From Candidatus Saccharimonadota bacterium (lineage in GTDB: Bacteria > Patescibacteriota > Saccharimonadia > Saccharimonadales > Saccharimonadaceae), in contig JAFYZJ010000013.1 of NCBI GenBank assembly GCA_017548735.1, positions 1 to 43,963 on the forward strand: a stretch of DNA of 43,963 bases, written 5' to 3'. The notes under the pieces are model-generated. The model was not told the DNA's origin and ran no database searches. It was given only the letters and a program-made list of their open reading frames with translations. Both the position numbers and the translations under genes were made by a program. This document shows positions 8,114-15,310 of this stretch, piece after piece (the first letter of the stretch is position 1; every line of letters begins with the position of its first letter).

Positions 8114-8140
8114 ACTCCTCAAGAGGAGTTTTGTTATTTT
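8114..8140 (+). promoter_or_regulatory. terminator-like hairpin in the leader of the 8179 operon (possible attenuator)
   Basis: ACTCCT-CAAG-AGGAGT stem followed by TTTTGTTATTTT. It sits between a TATAAT at about 8094-8099 and the RBS of the 8179 gene. Confidence 0.3.
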
Positions 8141-8178
8141 ACAATTTTGATTTTACATATGGAAGGAAGTGATGCAAC

Positions 8179-8991
8179 ATGAAGATTCGAGGTATCGAAG
8201 TCGACCCAAACGACTTCTTTGCACAAACGAAGAGGTTTAGGGTTTACCTTGGTAATTCGGACAAAGATGGACCTGTTATTCTGAAAGTCGCCAAGACTTT
8301 TGACGATAACGACGTCCTCAACGAAGATGCGGCGACATTTACTCGCTTAGCTGCGAACAGTCAGGAAATAGACGAGTACGAAACCAGCCTTGGTGGCGGG
8401 AATCGTTCTCGCTTTGACTTACTGTTTGCCAGCCTTTTGTCGACGTTTGTCGAAGCGTCTCAAGGTGACCGAAGGATCAATGTTTACCGCGTGCCAGATA
8501 CGAAGCTCAGCAAATTGCTTCCTCTTTCGAAGCTAAAGGCTGATTACGAAATCGACGCACGCAGCTGTGTCTGGATGATAGGGCGAATCCTGAAGTTTTA
8601 TATCTTGTTCGAGAAGGACAAAATGGATGGAAAAGAGACCGTCGCCAGATACCCGGATTTCTACCCAGAGGATTTCCTCATCGGGCCAGAACGCCACCGC
8701 GTAATCTATTACAACTATTCTGGCGGAGAAGACGACTCGATTGCCGACGGTCATATCAAGGCAATTGCGAAGTTTTTTCTCGAATGGATAGTCGTTAATG
8801 ACGAAGCCGAGCAGAGATTATACAATCTGCTCAAAGATTTTTCAGAACATGGTCGCAGTGAGTTTTACGATGCACACTCCAATCTCTATGCGCTCGCTAG
8901 TGAGCTCTGGGGACGTGGAGTGTATTATCCGTTTACTTACCGCGTCCGCGGAACAATCGCCTGGCAGAAACAGAAAGAGGAGGAAAAATAA
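8179..8991 (+). CDS. hypothetical protein, possibly a protein-kinase-like fold (degenerate)
   Basis: 270 aa with a GGAAGGAAG RBS. VILKVAK resembles a beta3 VAIK lysine. RYPDFYPEDFLIG resembles the HGDxHPxNhh catalytic loop of APH/choline-kinase-type kinases, with substitutions. The stop overlaps the next start (TAATG). Confidence 0.7.
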   Translation: MKIRGIEVDPNDFFAQTKRFRVYLGNSDKDGPVILKVAKTFDDNDVLNEDAATFTRLAANSQEIDEYETSLGGGNRSRFDLLFASLLSTFVEASQGDRRINVYRVPDTKLSKLLPLSKLKADYEIDARSCVWMIGRILKFYILFEKDKMDGKETVARYPDFYPEDFLIGPERHRVIYYNYSGGEDDSIADGHIKAIAKFFLEWIVVNDEAEQRLYNLLKDFSEHGRSEFYDAHSNLYALASELWGRGVYYPFTYRVRGTIAWQKQKEEEK

Positions 8992-10094
8992 TGGGCGACA
9001 CAACATTTTCTAAAAGTGACTACTTAAAGACACGCGAGGATTTAGGCATTACGGACGATAGAGGCGTTACTGCAATGGCAGAGCTAGAAGCCCGCGAATC
9101 CGGTATGCTAAATCCAATTGTTGACCCGGCCATCAATCCGATTCGCCGGTCAATGATAAGGCTAGTAGCCGAAAACAAGCATTGGGTTGCGAAGCTCGGC
9201 TGTCCGATGGATATCGAGGTGAGCTGCGATACTACTGCCTCAATGCAGGACGAAGTCGATAATCAAATGAGGGTTTTGCCCGATATGTATGAGGCAATCG
9301 CTAAAGTTCTTCAGGGATATGACCCGCAGCTTTGCTTGGGTATTTTCGGAGACTGTGTCGACGACTTCGTTTTATGCAGACCGCAATACGAGATGGAGGC
9401 GCCAAAGATTGTCAGATATCTGAATGTAATGGCCCCGCAGCGAGGCGGAGGCGGTAATGGCGGCGAAGATCCTCAGTATTCCATGCTGGCACGCGCTTAT
9501 CTTACAGACGCATATACAAACAACATTGGGCTGAAGGGCTACCATTTCATCATTACCGACGAGCCTTGCCATCACGATATTAGCGAAAGACAAATCAGGC
9601 GTATCTTTGGCGAAAATATCTTTGATAATGAGCTCAAAGAAATGAAGGGCGCAATAAAGTCTATCTACGGCATCGTTAGCGACCTCAAGAGCAAAGTTCA
9701 CGCGTTCGCGCTGATCGTAGACGGTCATTATCATTCAGATGAAGCATACGAATCCTACTGCAATCTTTATGGCAGAAAATCCGTAATCCGCATTGATTCG
9801 ACCGAGATGCTGCCGACGATAATATCGGCGATTATCGGGCTTACCGAAGGTACTGTCGAGATAACAGAGCTGAAAGAACGTTTCGGAGACGATATGGATT
9901 CTGAACTGATCAAGCAGCTCTCCAATATTGAGATCGGCGCACAGATGAAGCTGAGACATGCTATGAAGCGCCCAGTACCAAAGGCCGGTGACATCTTCGC
10001 AAAGAAGGGTGACCTCTGGCCGATTCAGCCGGGTGAACTCTCGGAAGATGAAGAAGCTGAGGAAACGGTAGCTGACATAATCAAGTATCTTTGA
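8991..10094 (+). CDS. von Willebrand factor A (vWA) domain protein with a MIDAS-like motif
   Basis: DIEVSCDTTASM is a DxTxS variant of the DxSxS MIDAS motif. A glycine-rich GGGGNGGED loop follows, then HFIITDEP, which is a TDG-like MIDAS Asp. Extra N- and C-terminal regions are present. The start overlaps the upstream stop by 1 nt. Confidence 0.7.
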   Translation: MGDTTFSKSDYLKTREDLGITDDRGVTAMAELEARESGMLNPIVDPAINPIRRSMIRLVAENKHWVAKLGCPMDIEVSCDTTASMQDEVDNQMRVLPDMYEAIAKVLQGYDPQLCLGIFGDCVDDFVLCRPQYEMEAPKIVRYLNVMAPQRGGGGNGGEDPQYSMLARAYLTDAYTNNIGLKGYHFIITDEPCHHDISERQIRRIFGENIFDNELKEMKGAIKSIYGIVSDLKSKVHAFALIVDGHYHSDEAYESYCNLYGRKSVIRIDSTEMLPTIISAIIGLTEGTVEITELKERFGDDMDSELIKQLSNIEIGAQMKLRHAMKRPVPKAGDIFAKKGDLWPIQPGELSEDEEAEETVADIIKYL

Positions 10095-10116
10095 TACTCG
10101 TTAGGAGGCGAAGGCT

Positions 10117-11367
10117 ATGCTCAATGAAGTCAGTATCGTTACGGACCTCGGTCCGGGTGACGGCGGTAAAGGCAAGGTCGTAAATGTTTTCTGCAACGAA
10201 GATAACATTTCATTAGTCATCAAGCGTGGCGGAGCACAAGGTTCGCACGGTGTTCGCTGTTCCAACGGTGAAAAATTTAATTTTTCCCAGTGGGGCTGTG
10301 GCACTTTCGAAGCAATTCCGACATTTCTGTCGCCACAGTTCATCGTTATGCCTGTTGGCCTAATTAATGAGTCTGAGGCACTGGAGCGCAAAGGAATTAT
10401 TAATCCTTTCCGGCTTCTCAGCTGCGACCCAGATTGTATCTGCGCCACCCCTTTCCACTGGATATCCTCACGATTAAGTGAGCTTCTCCGCGGAAAGAAC
10501 CCGCGCGGCACAATCGGTACTGGCGTTGGCCAGGCCTACCGCATGTTTCAGCAATCTGGAGACGAAATGACAATTCGCGCCCGCGAATTGACTGACCACA
10601 ATAAGATTGCTGATAAACTTTTCGCACAACTCAAATTTTACCGAGCTTGCTATCAATACAAGCCCGAAAATTATCTGGACGAAGACGCGGAACACGTCGC
10701 GGAATGCTTCGATTTGCTTAATGATGACGGCTTCTTGGACTACAACATCAATGAATTTGAGAAAGTAGGCCAAATGCTAAGCATTACATCCTTATCTGAA
10801 GCAATCAACAATCACGACGGTTCTGCTGTAATAGAATGTTCGCACGGTGTTTTAACTGACGCAGTAGAGGGCTTTAAGCCGCACACTAGCGCCATTCGCA
10901 CCCTACCGAAATTCACAGAAGAGATGATGAGAAATGCCGGTTTTACCGGTCGAATTAGGCATTATGCCGTACACCGCGCCTATGAAATTAGGCATGGTGC
11001 TGGCCCAATGTCGACATACGACCCCGAGTTTACCAAACATATGCTTCCTGACAGCCATAAAGCGAATAATCGCTGGCAAGGCGAAGTACGTGCCGGTCCT
11101 CTCGACATCAACCTCATCCAGCATGCCCTCGCGGCATGCAAAGACACGAGTTTCGATGGGTTGTGCCTGACTTGGTTTGACCAGATTCTCGAAATGGGAA
11201 GCTGGAAAATCAACGACGACATTATCCCGATCGACTCCAAACTAACCGGAATAGACCTTTGGCGTTTCGTTGAGAATATCATCGATTCGCGCATTGGTTT
11301 ATCTCTAGAATTACTCTCAATTGGCCCAACAGAGCGCGACAGATTACGCGCCCAAGATTTCATTTAG
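10117..11367 (+). CDS. divergent adenylosuccinate synthetase (PurA)-family protein
   Basis: Colinear with PurA motifs: GPGDGGKGK vs QWGDEGKGK; GGAQGSHG vs GGHNAGH; GTIGTGVGQAY vs GTTGRGIGPAY; YEIRHGAGPMSTYDPEF vs TRVGxGPFPTE. The GTTGRxRRxGW block is replaced by NNRWQGEVRAGPLD. AGGAGG RBS. Confidence 0.75.
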   Translation: MLNEVSIVTDLGPGDGGKGKVVNVFCNEDNISLVIKRGGAQGSHGVRCSNGEKFNFSQWGCGTFEAIPTFLSPQFIVMPVGLINESEALERKGIINPFRLLSCDPDCICATPFHWISSRLSELLRGKNPRGTIGTGVGQAYRMFQQSGDEMTIRARELTDHNKIADKLFAQLKFYRACYQYKPENYLDEDAEHVAECFDLLNDDGFLDYNINEFEKVGQMLSITSLSEAINNHDGSAVIECSHGVLTDAVEGFKPHTSAIRTLPKFTEEMMRNAGFTGRIRHYAVHRAYEIRHGAGPMSTYDPEFTKHMLPDSHKANNRWQGEVRAGPLDINLIQHALAACKDTSFDGLCLTWFDQILEMGSWKINDDIIPIDSKLTGIDLWRFVENIIDSRIGLSLELLSIGPTERDRLRAQDFI

Positions 11368-11378
11368 GAGGTATAGCC

Positions 11379-12635
11379 ATGAGTGAAGAGATTAAGAACA
11401 CAACAGCAGAAGAATCCGTAGTAGAAGTAGTTGCAGCAAACCCTGCAACACCCGATGCTCCGGTCGTAGATGCTACACCGGCACCCGCAATTCCAGCACC
11501 GACACCCACTGCAGCAAGCCCTGTCGAACAGAAGCTTACAGAGTATGGCGCAAACGGTGCCACAATTCAGAAAATTCTCGATCTCGGCGTCGAGTCTGTC
11601 GAAGATTTGTCGACCTTAACCGATAGCGATCTCGTAGACGCTGGCATGAAGCTTGTCAAAGCGCGCAAACTTATCGGCGACCTGAAGGCCGAAGCTAAGC
11701 CCGCAGCGACAACACCGACCGCCGCTTCTGGTTTTGTTTTCCCTAGCGCAATAAATTCAATTCTTCCGTCCGTCCCTACAGACGAAGTCTGGATGAACAG
11801 CCTGAAAACCGGTGGCGTATTGAGAATCGATGATTCTACATATATTGCCGCAATTAAGACAGCATTAGCAGCAAAGGTAGGCTTGTATAATGCGCCTCAG
11901 TTGCTCATAGACGAGATGGAGAGACATGCGAAGGATATTGGCGAGCCTGTAGATGCTGACGTATTCTATAAGCTCGTAAAGATGCTGACAAGACACGATT
12001 ATTCCGACATTTTCGCAGCCATCGATGGCTGCTCTGGAGCGTTCATCAACGACAAGCGTCGTAAAGAATTCCTCCAGGAAATCGATAATCACTTCTTGCC
12101 GGCAATCGCAGCTAGCTACCGCGCCCTCGATAGTTGGTATGAGGGATATAAGGATAGCTTTTCTGATCAAATGATGTTGATGGCCTTTATCGCCGGTGGA
12201 GCGAATTCGGGAATTGGCAGTATGATACAGACGCCGGACACTTCCGTAGTTCGCGCAGCAAGAGATACGTTCGTCGACGAGATTAATAAGACTTTTGCTG
12301 GTTGCGGCGTACAGTCCGCTTCCGCCTTAGCGCTCATCGCAAGAGATATTCTCGGGCAGTTTAACGATAATCGCCTTCCGAAATTGGTTGGCGCCGAAAA
12401 CCGCGAACTCATGCTCAAGAAGCTTGGCCTGGACGTTTCTAGTTCCTACGCGCGCCTCGAGCAGATTCTCTCGCAGTATGTTCTCGCATTTGTGAAGCTG
12501 GATGAAGCAACACCCGATACTGAAGCACGCTATTTGGCAGCGCTTTGGCAGCTCGGTTCTCAGATTGACTGGGAGAGCCTTAATATCAGAAGAAATAAAG
12601 GCTCGAAGAGTATCACAGGCAGTGATATTCTGTAA
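11379..12635 (+). CDS. hypothetical protein: Pro/Ala/Thr-rich N-terminus, HhH-like segment, large alpha-helical domain of unknown function
   Basis: 418 aa with a GGAGG RBS 11 nt after the upstream stop. ATIQKILDLGVESVEDL...DAGMKLVKARKLIGDLK looks like a tandem helix-hairpin-helix. The rest has no recognisable motif. Confidence 0.7.
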   Translation: MSEEIKNTTAEESVVEVVAANPATPDAPVVDATPAPAIPAPTPTAASPVEQKLTEYGANGATIQKILDLGVESVEDLSTLTDSDLVDAGMKLVKARKLIGDLKAEAKPAATTPTAASGFVFPSAINSILPSVPTDEVWMNSLKTGGVLRIDDSTYIAAIKTALAAKVGLYNAPQLLIDEMERHAKDIGEPVDADVFYKLVKMLTRHDYSDIFAAIDGCSGAFINDKRRKEFLQEIDNHFLPAIAASYRALDSWYEGYKDSFSDQMMLMAFIAGGANSGIGSMIQTPDTSVVRAARDTFVDEINKTFAGCGVQSASALALIARDILGQFNDNRLPKLVGAENRELMLKKLGLDVSSSYARLEQILSQYVLAFVKLDEATPDTEARYLAALWQLGSQIDWESLNIRRNKGSKSITGSDIL

Positions 12636-12664
12636 TTTCCAGAGTAAAATCAAAACATAAAAGA

Positions 12665-12690
12665 AGACCCCCAAGTACGGGGGTCTTTTT
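12665..12690. terminator. bidirectional intrinsic terminator
   Basis: AGACCCCC / GGGGGTCT stem flanked by an A-run and a T-run, between convergent genes. Confidence 0.7.
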
Positions 12691-12699
12691 CTTGCCCTT

Positions 12700-13860
12700 T
12701 TATAGCCAAACGTATTTAGCAAAGAGCATTGTGGCGATTTTACGGTATTCATCGTCGTAGAACGGACAATCGCCGTCCATTTCCTTAGGAATGCCATTCC
12801 CTTTCCAATTGTAGAATCTAGCGAATCCCTTGTGGAGCAGACGATACAGCAAAAGATCACTCTCAAGCCTTTCAATGCAGCGACGACGCGCAAACTCGTC
12901 GATATCCTTATATCTAGCAACCACGGCGCGTCGCGCAATCTCCATGCGCTCCTGCGCCTTCGGACCACCCAACCAAACACTATCATAGTAGATATGAATG
13001 CCTTCCGGGCTGCCGGGATAGTATTTCCCGACTACGAGTAAATCGTCGAGCAGATACGGATCGATGTCAGAGTTTACGCTGGCGTAACCCTTTATCAGCG
13101 AACCGTTCACCAACACGACTTTTTCCGGCTCAAGCGAAGACGCGATTTCTTCCAGCCTAGGCATTATGATGTGCAGATTATCAGAGAACGGTCCTTCCAG
13201 CTTCGCGCATGGCGTGAGAGCCACGAATGACTGCCCTTTCTCGTCAAGCCACTTCTTACGGCTTTCTGAGACGTAGAGCGGTTCCTGGCGTGTACGATTG
13301 GGCAAATAGCACAGTATCTCGCGAATTTTCTCAATCCGGTCTTTTTGCTTGATTAGTTTCTGTTCGACGCAGTAGGTCATCACATCTTTGAAACTCTGCA
13401 ACATGATGTAGTTATTTCTGCGACTAGCCCCCTCAATGATTGTCTGGAGCTCATACGCCGAAATGTAGCTATTCTTGAGCAGCCAAGGAGTCAAGTGTGC
13501 AGACTTCGATACTCGCTGTAAACCTTCTTCCGGTCGCGCATCGACTTCGAAACAGTCGCCAAAATGGAAATTTTCCCGCACGTCATAGACATACAAGAGT
13601 TCATACCATGCGTCACGGTATACATCTATAAATTCCCTGGGCGCCGCTTCGAGCGTACTAAGTGGAAGATACAGCGCAAGGCGCCTCGCTTCCGGTTTTC
13701 TCAATAGTTCGGTGCAGGCTTTGTAATAATCGACTCTCTTCGACCCTGAAGGGTCTTTGAGATAATCACAAATCCTCATCGCAGCCGACTTCCTTGGACA
13801 GGAATCCGGCTCGGCCTCTTCGTAACGTGTTTCGATATACGGCTTTAGATAGTTAACCAT
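12700..13860 (-). CDS. Pol-beta-superfamily nucleotidyltransferase domain protein with a large N-terminal domain of unknown function
   Basis: VNGSLIKGYASVNSDIDPYL matches the hG[GS]-x9-13-D-h-D minimal NTase motif. I place the start at ATG 13860 (MVNYLKP) after AGGGGGA. The longer ORF to 14127 would overlap rplK and its promoter. Confidence 0.7.
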   Translation of the reverse strand: MVNYLKPYIETRYEEAEPDSCPRKSAAMRICDYLKDPSGSKRVDYYKACTELLRKPEARRLALYLPLSTLEAAPREFIDVYRDAWYELLYVYDVRENFHFGDCFEVDARPEEGLQRVSKSAHLTPWLLKNSYISAYELQTIIEGASRRNNYIMLQSFKDVMTYCVEQKLIKQKDRIEKIREILCYLPNRTRQEPLYVSESRKKWLDEKGQSFVALTPCAKLEGPFSDNLHIIMPRLEEIASSLEPEKVVLVNGSLIKGYASVNSDIDPYLLDDLLVVGKYYPGSPEGIHIYYDSVWLGGPKAQERMEIARRAVVARYKDIDEFARRRCIERLESDLLLYRLLHKGFARFYNWKGNGIPKEMDGDCPFYDDEYRKIATMLFAKYVWL

Positions 13861-13941
13861 AAAATCCCCCTTTCTTGTAATGTGCAATAGTAATGTTATT
13901 ATGCCATATTTTGCTATTTTTTTCAATGGGGCACCTTCTCC

Positions 13942-13970
13942 TTGCAAAAAACGCCAAAATCCGGTATAAT
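13942..13970 (+). promoter_or_regulatory. consensus sigma-70 promoter of rplK
   Basis: TTGCAA (13942-13947), a 17-nt spacer, then TATAAT (13965-13970). A leader of about 70 nt follows, with ACGAT/ATCGT and GCCGG/CCGGC hairpins. Confidence 0.65.
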
Positions 13971-14047
13971 AGACCGCGTTACGCACGATTATTAATCGTA
14001 ATCGCCGGTGAAGCGCTTCAAAAACCGGCAAAAGGAAAATTAATAAC

Positions 14048-14473
14048 ATGGCAAAACAGGTTATTGGCAACTTGAAGTTGCGCATCCCTGGTGGTAAGGC
14101 GACGGCCGGTCCTCCAGTAGGTAGCACACTCGGTCAGTGGGGTCTCAATATGATGGACTTCATTAACCCATTCAACGAAGCCACCAAAGAATACATGGGC
14201 AAGAATGTGATTGTTCACATCGCTGTCTATGATGATCGCACTTTCGATTGGAAGTGCCTTGGCCAGCCAGTTGACGATTTGATCCGCGAAAAGATCAAGC
14301 TCGAAAAAGGCAGCGGTCGCCCAAACACTGAGAAAGTTGGTAAGATTACCATGGCTCAGATCAAGGAAATCGCAGAAGTCAAGAAAGGTCAGCTCAACGC
14401 TATCGACGAAGCTGGCGCTTGCAAGATTATTGCCGGCACCGCACGCTCGATGGGCGTCGAAGTTGTCGAATAA
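14048..14473 (+). CDS. rplK: 50S ribosomal protein L11
   Basis: LKLRIPGGKATAGPPVGSTLGQWGLNMMDF and full-length colinearity with L11. Confidence 0.95.
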   Translation: MAKQVIGNLKLRIPGGKATAGPPVGSTLGQWGLNMMDFINPFNEATKEYMGKNVIVHIAVYDDRTFDWKCLGQPVDDLIREKIKLEKGSGRPNTEKVGKITMAQIKEIAEVKKGQLNAIDEAGACKIIAGTARSMGVEVVE

Positions 14474-14489
14474 GACACTCTTCAAGAAG

Positions 14490-14517
14490 GCACTCCTTTA
14501 CATAGGGGTGCTTTTTT
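14490..14517 (+). terminator. intrinsic terminator after rplK
   Basis: GCACTCC / GGGGTGC stem (one G-U pair) followed by TTTTTT. Confidence 0.55.
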
Positions 14518-14574
14518 GTTATAATATGCCAATCTGAATCGTCTACGAAATTCTTAGGAAAAGAGGTGGTTTTC

Positions 14575-15258
14575 ATGAAAGGTAGATTGATTGGAGCTCT
14601 TTGGATAATTATAGCTTTGGCTATCTTTTACTTTGGGCTCAATGGCGAATGGTTCCCATTCTTCTTCTGTCTCTGCCTGATGATGTGTTTGGCCGAAATC
14701 TCTGCGATTTCCGACCTCAAGCCATACCAGGTTAAACCGAGTGCATGTAAACCACACGACGCATGGCGATTCGAATACACGATCGTCTACTTCGCTGCGA
14801 TTTTCTGCATTCTCTTAAAGAAAGAAGAGCTTCTCCTTATCATTATCGTCTGTTCATTATCCGATACAGGTGCTTTTACGTTCGGAAAGCTTTTCGGCAA
14901 ACACAAGGCGTGGTTCACGTCAGCAATTTCACCCAACAAGACCATTGAAGGATATATTGGCGGCATCGTTTTTACCCTGCTCGCAATACCGGTTTGTTTC
15001 TTACTAAAGATTGCAATCACACCGGCTTTAATTATCTATTTCCTCCTTGGTGGCTTTGCGGCAGAAATTGGTGACCTACTCGGCTCCGCTACTAAGCGTC
15101 AGCTCCAGGTCAAAGATAGCGGCGACGGGATTCGGAATATGCCCGTCTTTAAGCTAATCGAGTATCCAATCCGTGGTCACGGTGGTTATCTCGATCGAAT
15201 GGACTCGATATCTTTAAATATCGTTCTATTCACCATTATCATGGTGCCGTGGAAGTAA
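14575..15258 (+). CDS. cdsA: phosphatidate cytidylyltransferase (CDP-diglyceride synthase)
   Basis: Multi-TM protein with SDTGAFTFGKLFGKHK...ISPNKTIEGYIGG, the CdsA signature SPxKTxEG. ATG at 14575 follows GAGGTGG. Confidence 0.85.
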   Translation: MKGRLIGALWIIIALAIFYFGLNGEWFPFFFCLCLMMCLAEISAISDLKPYQVKPSACKPHDAWRFEYTIVYFAAIFCILLKKEELLLIIIVCSLSDTGAFTFGKLFGKHKAWFTSAISPNKTIEGYIGGIVFTLLAIPVCFLLKIAITPALIIYFLLGGFAAEIGDLLGSATKRQLQVKDSGDGIRNMPVFKLIEYPIRGHGGYLDRMDSISLNIVLFTIIMVPWK

Positions 15259-15281
15259 TCTACGGCACTTTTTCGTGGCCC

Positions 15282-15310
15282 TTGACTATCAGAGGTAATT
15301 TTGATATACT
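15282..15310 (+). promoter_or_regulatory. sigma-70 promoter of rplA
   Basis: TTGACT (15282-15287), a 17-nt spacer, then TATACT (15305-15310). A leader of about 55 nt containing GGGAGGCGAAUAGCC follows. Confidence 0.5.

Noticed and set aside
8009-8122. Upstream extension of the P-loop-CYTH ORF to 8122
   Set aside because: The extension is AT-rich intergenic-looking sequence with no RBS. TTG at 8008 follows AGGAGGTG and gives a protein that starts just before the Walker A motif.
10117-11367. Annotating this gene simply as housekeeping purA
   Set aside because: The substrate-binding blocks are divergent. No other purine-biosynthesis gene lies nearby. The gene sits inside a coupled operon with vWA and unknown proteins, so I call it PurA-family only.
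6290-13941. Calling the accessory block a mobile element or prophage
   Set aside because: I could recognise no integrase, transposase, recombinase, capsid/terminase-like genes, tRNA target or flanking direct or inverted repeats. I describe it only as an accessory insertion.
13971-14047. Calling the rplK leader a defined L1-binding regulatory element (L11-operon leader)
   Set aside because: Hairpins are present (ACGAT / ATCGT and GCCGG / CCGGC). However, I cannot verify mimicry of the 23S rRNA L1 site without the rRNA sequence, and rplA is not co-transcribed here. I mention it only within the rplK promoter feature.
13861-14127. N-terminal 89-aa extension of the nucleotidyltransferase ORF (12700-14127)
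   Set aside because: The extension would overlap the rplK coding sequence and its consensus promoter. An internal ATG at 13860 has a strong AGGGGGA RBS.
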